DNA from: the human T2T-CHM13v2.0 reference genome, Homo sapiens
Strand: one strand, 5' to 3'
Length of the DNA stretch: 64,000 nt
Assembly (NCBI RefSeq): GCF_009914755.1
Contig: NC_060937.1
Both the position numbers and the translations under genes were made by a program. The stretch's first letter is position 1. Each line of letters starts with the position of its first letter. The notes below the pieces were generated by a model. That model saw only the letters and a program-made list of their open reading frames with translations, was not told where the DNA came from and made no database searches. This document shows, piece by piece, positions 55,604-64,000 of this stretch.

Positions 55604-55992
55604 AGGGGCCATGAACCAAATCCCATGTACTGCCCATTTTTGTACAGCCTTCTACCTAAGAATGAGTCTTCCAGATGAATGATTCGATGATAGGGAACAT
55701 TACCTTTGAACCCCAGTTAAGCAAAATGCTGTTCCCCCCAAAAGATTTCCGTTCTTCTCACAAGTAGAACTATATTACTATAGAAGTCTACTATAAAATA
55801 TAGTAGAACTATATTACTATAAAATCTACCCAGTTTTATTTTGAATTTCACCAGTAAAAAAATTTGTGGAAATTTGTGTTCTCACTTGCTATACCAGCGC
55901 ATATATAACATCTTCCCATTTGTCTCTCAGCCCGCAAAGTCTGCAGTATTTACTATCTGGCCCTTTCAGTCAGAAGTTTGCTGAGTGCTGCT
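55604..55992. mobile_element. hAT-Charlie DNA transposon remnant (MER58/Cheshire-like) with internal ~40-bp duplication (AGTAGAACTATATTACTATA x2)
   Basis: CAGGGG start; CAGCCCGCAAAG...TATTTACTATCTGGCCCTTT...AAGTTTGCTGA end. Confidence 0.75.
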
Positions 55993-56079
55993 CTAAGCTG
56001 TCACAAATAGAGATGATTTTGAAGGGAAAAAAAGATATTCTCACTATCATTCTTTGTCTTTGCCTGAATCTCTGTTTTA

Positions 56080-56451
<372 letters not shown>

Positions 56452-56569
56452 TAATAGGCTCTGGCTTGTGCAGTGCAGTGCCCTGAGAAAACTGATATTA
56501 ATTGTACAGTTGTGAAATGTGGTATAATATTGTCAATAGCAGCTTGTTTAAAAAATTTAGATTGCAAAA

Positions 56570-56670
56570 TAAAATAAACCTGTGTTTCCATATATAAAAC
56601 AGGCAGCAATAATAGTACCTACTTCAAAGGACTGTCCAAAGGATTAAGTGAGATAATGTAAATAAGGGAT
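56570..56670 (+). mobile_element. MIR fragment
   Basis: AATAATAGTACCTACTTCA...GGATTAAGTGAGATAATGTA. Confidence 0.65.
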
Positions 56671-56940
56671 TTAATAAATGTTAAAGAGAAAAAAATCTAC
56701 CATTGAGAATATGTTTGTTTGCACAAGACTTGGTACCTTTATCTTAGCATACTGTATCTTAGACAGATACAGTATCCCTAATACACTGTAGATACCTAAA
56801 TCATGCTTCTCATCGATTTCAGTTAATACAAAATATAGTCCTATATCTCTTTTCAACACAATTCTGATTTTAAAGGAAGGGTCTTCTTAAAGGAAGACCA
56901 TTGTTTGTTTGAAACAGAATTACTATATCCTATACGTTTC

Positions 56941-57244
56941 TTTTCTTTTTTTTTTTTTTTTTTTTTTTTGAGCTGGAATCTCGCTCTGTCATCCAGGCTG
57001 GAGTGCAGTAGCGCAATCTTGGCTCACTGCAACCTCTGCCTCCCGAGTTCAAGCGATTCTCCTGCCTCAGCCTCCTAAGCAGTTGGGATTACAGGCACCC
57101 GCCACCACGCCCAGCTAATTTTTGTATTTTTAGTAGAGATGGGGTTTCACCATGTTGGCCAGGGTGGTCTCAAACTCCTGGGTGATGTGGCCGCCTCAGC
57201 CTCCCAAAGTGTGGGGATTACAGTATGAGCCACCGCACCCGGCC
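56941..57244 (-). mobile_element. Alu (AluS)
   Basis: Full dimer; TSD ATCCTATA(CG/TA)TTTCT. Confidence 0.95.
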
Positions 57245-58229
57245 ATCCTATATATTTCTAAGATAAAATTTTAAAGTATAAGTAAATCTCATTGGAGAGC
57301 AAAAGATGAGGTTTTTTTTTTGGTTCAGAAAATTTTAGGATAATGGAGGTCAGTGTTTTGCTAACCATCTGTAACAAACTGCAGCATTGGAAAGGGACAC
57401 TGTCTTGGTATTTTGAAGAGCTAATATTTATGCCTGGGAATCCTCTACCTGCATGAAATCGGCAGGTAAGAGTTAGAAATATGCATGACATTTTCAAGGA
57501 AAAAAAAAATCTGTGGTGCCACTTGAGGAGATGAAATCTATGGTCCTGCCTGTTTTCCTCACTCTGTGGCTCCCAGAATGCATCTTTGACTCTGGAGTTT
57601 GTCCTTCTCCCTCCACGGCCAGATTTCACTGTCACTCCTCTGAGAACCCTCTCCACTGCCCTCTTATGCTGAATGAGCCCCTCCCCACCAGGCTTCAGGC
57701 CATTGGTTTCTACCAGTGTTCACATTTTTTGTCTGTTGCCTTCGCTGGACCTCAACTTCCCCCAAGGCTGAATTTTGTCCTCATTTTCATATTGCCAGAC
57801 CCTGGCTTAGGTGCCCAGTATCTATTTGTTGAATCAATGAAATACTGACTAAAAATTGTCTAACACTAAAATAAAATGAAAGCCAAAAAAAACCCTTTAG
57901 ATTTTTCTTTCTTTTTTAGATATAGACAATATACATAGATAATCATAACATTATTTTAGTGCTGATTAAAAATTCACAGATAAGCCCAAATTTATATATA
58001 GCTTGTCTGAGGGTTAAGTTCTGAAGAATATGGGGGGCATCAGAGAGTTGATACAAATCCATCTTTATTTTCTGCAGGGCCAGCTCCTTAGCCCAGCAGC
58101 AGCTCCCCGGTCCCCCTGTAAGTGTGTTTCCTAGATGTGGCAAAATGCCTGCCATGGTGTTCCAGGCCCAAGTGTCTAGCTCATGGAGGTCAGAGGGGAA
58201 GGGGCAAGTGTCTTCTCAGCCACAGTCGC

Positions 58230-58425
58230 TGTTATCAATTGGGCTTCCTGTGCACGAGGTGCTTCGTCAAGGGTTTTACATGTATCTTTTCATTGACTTC
58301 TCACAACAATCCTATTATTATATCCAACTCCTAATATGAATCTGGGATTTAAAGAGGTTAAGTAACATGCTTAGGGTGTCACCAACTCCAGGTGTGCTGG
58401 GTTCCAAAGCCCATGCTCTTCACTG
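58230..58425 (-). mobile_element. MIR fragment
   Basis: TCTCACAACAATCCTAT...AGAGGTTAAGTAACATGC...TCCAAAGCCCATGCTCTT. Confidence 0.7.
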
Positions 58426-60598
58426 TTAGGCTTTCCTTACCTCTCACCTCCTTTCCAGGGAAGTGGCAAGATTTTTGGAGCTGGCGAGTCTGGGGACTCA
58501 TGACTGGTTGTTTCTCCTTGAAGCATAGACTAGAGGAGTCATGTGCGCAAGAGTGTTGTTAATCACTATGCTTTCCCCTCCTGAGCTCAAGAAAAACAGA
58601 ACTGTCAAGAGTTAGGAATTGCGTCCTGGTCACCAGGTTCCTTGTTTGTCCCATGACCCAGAGTGGAGTCATCCCAACAGAGATGTGCTAGGCTGTAAGC
58701 TGAATGTGATAAGGGAGGCAAACTGCACCACAGTGAAGTCCTCCAACTTTTAGAAGAGGCTAGCTACTGTGCGCGTCAATTTTTTCTAACCTTTTTTTTT
58801 GGTGGCTTATATGCAATTACATACGAGTTACATTTATTGAGTACCACATGCAGGAAGTCCCAGGCAATGAGAAATGAGCTTCATGGTAATTGAGAATGAA
58901 GTTAAGGAAGAAAATTTTATTGTTAATCAAGGGCTTAATTGCCTCCGGGACATTTTAAATAAATGCCATGCAGTACTTAAGGAGCAATGTTCTGTAAGTG
59001 AGATGCAAAAATTCTTTAATTAAACCATGGTGGGTATTCCCTGATTGAAATATCTGCCTTTATCTTAATATTTAAACCTTCGTGATTCATGTAACAACTT
59101 AATTAGGGATGGAGTAAATTAAAGGCTCCTTGAAAGAACCAATCAGTTGTATAAAATTGGTTAAAAGTATTTCTGGGATAGGCTTCTGTGTATTTGTACT
59201 GATCAGAACATATCTTTGGTTCATTTTATGTTTAGCTGTCATCTCGAGTAAGCTGTATTTCAGCCTGTAGGGGACAGATGGTGGCTATGGCATTGTATAG
59301 GGCAGACAGTTATTAGAATTTGTCTGAGAAATGGATCAAATGTAAGGGTTTCTTGGCCACTGAGAAAGGAGACATTTCCCCAGATGATGACTTGGATGGT
59401 ACCTGCAATTAACCAGGTAGGAGGCTGCCAAGTCTGTTCGTTGGTCAGTCAGTCAACACACCTGAGTGCAGCCACGGAAAAGGCCTTGTGCTCAATGGTG
59501 ATAAGCTTGTGTCAGTGTCAAACTAAACAGACCCAGAGATTCAAGGGGACTTGCCAGCCTCTGATTGTACATGGTAAAAAACAAAATGGAAACCCCGAAA
59601 ACTTAGGTATTCAAATGTTTAGACTTTACTAGATCACTCAGTTTATGAGTGGCAGAGATGCCTGGTGTGGAGCTCGATAAATTCTTGTGAAAAGAAGGAA
59701 GGAAATGAGAATGGGGGCAGTTGCCTGGGAGGAGGGAGGGGGACAAGGCTTGCATCTGTCACTGTACTGCACAGCGTTCCCTGACTAGTTGGACACTCAG
59801 CTGTGACTCTCGTGCTGTTAACAGACATTGTCATGAGGATTCAAAAAGTGCAGGGAATACACATCAGTGGCTCTTTAAAAATTCAGGGTTGGTGTGTTTT
59901 GCCAAGCTAACATTGTGATTTCATTTAATCCTTAAAAAGAGTAAAATTGTTCTCAGAAGATACCAAAATCTTAAAACATAGGATCATGTCTGTTTTTAAA
60001 AATTTATTTAGCTCAAATAAGCAGCCAATAACAAGATGAAATAGTCATCTAATAATGGTGTTTTATAAATGGTTTTATTTGGAAATTTTTTTCTCCTAAT
60101 TTCAGTGTTCGTAATATGAAACAGTCAAGCCCTTTAAAAGGGATTGCATTTTCAAATAAACACACTTAGACACACCGTGTGAACTTAGTACTTGAGGAAA
60201 GGAAATGAGGGGAGGAAAGGAAAATATTTTAAGTCATATTTTCATGAAGGACTCTGTGGTATTCAACACGTGTTGGCAGACTCTGGCCAGGCTCAAAAAT
60301 GATGGGTCGCGTTCTGCCTACTGTTTTAGGACCACACTGGCCAGGGTGTCCCCCAAGGTGCCTTTCTGCCTCTGGAATCCCTGTTACGGGCCCACGGAAA
60401 GCCTGTGGATGCCCACCAGCTGCTGAGGGGTCCCTGTGATGGTTTAGATCTGAAATCATACTCAGTTCTTTGGCCATGTTCTGGAAGGCTAGAATTGTTA
60501 TGTCACTGTGAGTATGGAAATCCCTTTAGTATTCTACATGATAATTCAGAGCAATTAATTCCATTCTAATTTCCATGCCCTAGAAGAACTGTACTTGT

Positions 60599-61089
<491 letters not shown>

Positions 61090-62441
61090 CTATCTTCGCC
61101 TTCTCTGGCATTAGTTCTATGATTCTTTAATGTTGTGGGAGATATTTATGAAATCATTTCCTCTGACTTTAGTGACTCTGCCTTTGAGAGCTCAATGGTA
61201 AATACACAATCAGCATGTGTGCTAAGAGGCTCGAAAGTCTCATGACAAATGCTGTCCTGTACCTTGCAGGGCAATGATGTCTGTAAGCATCTTTCCTTAA
61301 GCACCCACTCACTCGCTGGCTTGGATACAGTGAGTCTCAAGACATCTTAAGAAAATTGCCATCTGAGCATCACGCTGCAGGATCTGGTGTTAGATATTTT
61401 TGTGGCTACGTGGGTTCTTACTCATTTCCCCTCTCCGTCTGTCTTGTATTTTCTATGTGCCGGTCTTGCCTTAGTTCATATGCATTCAGGAGAAGGTATC
61501 ATTAGCGACTTGACGCCCATATTATGACTTAACGAGCTGGAAAGTCCACACGTATAGATTCTGCATCTCTCAAACTGAGATTTTTGATTCGTAGACAGGT
61601 CGCCCGTAGACTCTTCCCAGAGGCTTTGGCTGCTTGGGACACAGATTGTAATCACAGTAATTAGCACTGAATTTTCAAGTCCTGCTCTCCAGCTTGACCT
61701 GGCAGCATTTAACGGCGTGCACACAGCTGGATCAATGGCAGGAATTGAAGGACCCAGTTGTGGGGCTGCTCCTGGCAGCCTGTGATGGGCACCGTCCCTG
61801 GAGAATTCCAGGAAAGCATCAGGGACAAGGGATGGTGCAGGGACCTGGGTGCGAAAGTAAAGAAATATGATATTTATAAAGCACCTGTCGATGGGAATCC
61901 TGTTCAAAATTGTTACTGGAGACAAATTGAAGTACAGACTTCTGCCTGAAATTCATTATCAATGAATTCATTTTTCTCCTTCTTGCTTAGTTCAGTTTTG
62001 GGTATTTCTAAAATGTTCTTTGTTAAAGTTTACACTTCCTTTCCCTAAAAGAAGTACTTACAGATAGGAATCTTAAAGCTAGTGGGAAAGAACTGTAGGA
62101 CACAAAACAGATACTTCAGTGGCACAAATGGGGCAAAGAAGCACCCATGCCTGTTATGAAGTAAATTCTCTAGGAAGTTTGGTGGTGTTGGGGAGTCAGG
62201 GACTTAAGCTCAGATAAGCCAGAAGGCACTCCTCTGTCACCCACTTCTTCATAGTCCCAGGGACTGTGTCACCTTACCAGGCCACTAGAAGGAGAGAGTG
62301 ACAAGAACATGGCAGTTTGGCACGGCAGACCCCAACCTTCATCCATCGAGGGCTTGTGATTTTGTGGGGATACTTGAAGGCTGACTGCTGAATAAAAGGT
62401 TTAAACTTACAGGAAATACCTCTCAACACAAAACCATTTGA

Positions 62442-62735
<294 letters not shown>

Positions 62736-63914
62736 TAGGCAGAGTTTTACAATGAGAGCTTTTTTTTAATGTTTAGTTTCCTTAGGGACAGAAACATTAT
62801 TGTTCCATTCTACCATTCTGCATCAGTAGTTCGTATGAGGTTGTACTTTTGCCTTTGTCACTTGTCAGCATTTGCACTGACTTAAGTTGTTAGAATATTT
62901 ATGTGGAAAATGAGGGCAATTCTGTGTGTAAATATCTCACTTGACAATCATTTTATGATTTGAATGTTCACTTGCAATGAGACCCTGACATGTTCACACG
63001 TGCTAGTTTTCAGCTGCAATTACATTTGCCACTAATTTGTACCTTGGAACGTGTTTACTGAAGCCGCTATGGAGCACTCGGTTCCGGGAGCCCTTTCACT
63101 CATCAACTGCTTCTAGGTCGCACCTTGCACTGGGAGAAACCTGGTGTCTTTCTGGAAAATTCCTTACCATTCAACAGCTTACCCAGTCATGCATTTAGCA
63201 CTTTTTCCTGAAATTCTTTCATAAATAAGCAGGAAGCCTTCTTTGCTATTTTTATTATAAAAGGGGAAATGAGGATAAAAGTTACACATGTTGTTATTTT
63301 AACATCTAGTCTTGTATTTGTTGAAGAGTTACGCTTTTACTTAAAAACAAAACCAGAGACTTATGCCTGTTGCCAGCCTCTGTCAATGATGGCTCTTCAT
63401 TCTTTTAAAGTTCACAGCAGAAAACACTGTGTTAAGCTCTTCTTGGCTTTAAAAGCCAAATTAGACACCCAAAAGTCTCAGCACTTTAAAATCCTTTAAA
63501 AGATGATTTAAGTAAATCACTTTAGAAATCTATGCCCAAACTTTTAAAAAGTACTTTTCACATCTTGCCTTTACAAGTAACTGTGGAATTAGACACACCA
63601 TAAATGTACTCTGTATTTTCTTAATAAGTTTGAATTTTCGGAAAGCCTTTATTTTTATATTATAGAGCCAACACGGCTGTTGGATGTTGAAGAGACCCAG
63701 CCAATATTATTACACATTTCTTTCTTAAGTGCAGAACTTGGATTGGGACAGGGACTGTTTGGTTTGGAAAACATCATCTGTTTTCCTTCTCCTCCTCCTT
63801 TCCTTCTGTGTTTATTTCATTTGGTGGCTGCAAGTTGCAGGTTTTTTTCCACTTCACACTTTTGCTAGCCCTCTTCTTTTCTTCTGCTTTACAATTTGCA
63901 CTAGAAGAGGGTAG

Positions 63915-64000
63915 CGGGCTTTTTGTTTGGGTTCGGGTTTTTTTCTTTTTCTTTTTCTTTTTTTTTTTTCTTTGCATCTTCCTTCCTTTCCACAGAGAGA
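63915..64000 (+). other. Strong 3' splice site; putative exon of the host gene begins at 63996
   Basis: ~79-nt AG-free, U/C-rich tract ending TTCCTTTCCACAG|AGAGA; only 5 exon bases visible. Confidence 0.6.

Noticed and set aside
57343-57471. Strong donor CAG|GTAAGA at 57465 preceded by ATGAAATCGGCA
   Set aside because: No convincing upstream acceptor or promoter evidence; isolated consensus donors are expected by chance

Overview
Primate (almost certainly human) genomic DNA, not prokaryotic. About 64 Alu copies or fragments (my manual count: about 45 minus, about 19 plus) are mixed with old L1, L2 and MIR fragments, four LTRs (2 MaLR/MLT1, 2 ERV1 MER34/MER39-like) and DNA transposons (a Tigger3 with both TIRs, a hAT-Charlie element, half a MADE2). 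No credible complete protein-coding gene, tRNA, rRNA or CRISPR array is visible; the ORF track is mostly Alu read-through and chance ORFs. The window looks like one large intron of a + strand gene: repeats are biased to the minus strand, and the last ~80 nt form a strong polypyrimidine tract plus CAG, with a putative exon starting at 63996 (AGAGA...). I cannot name the host gene; TNRC6B and CUX1 are memory-based candidates only. The most interesting non-repeat signals are two transposon-poor islands (6.9-12.4 kb, 43.5-47.8 kb), several small candidate + strand exons (best: 15855-15965), a possible decayed antisense gene (0.35-5.6 kb), a 38-bp minisatellite and a near zero-spacer inverted Alu pair. 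I see no convincing novel biological system. Repeat subfamily names are from memory and boundaries are read by eye (roughly +/-10 nt for Alus, looser for old repeats).
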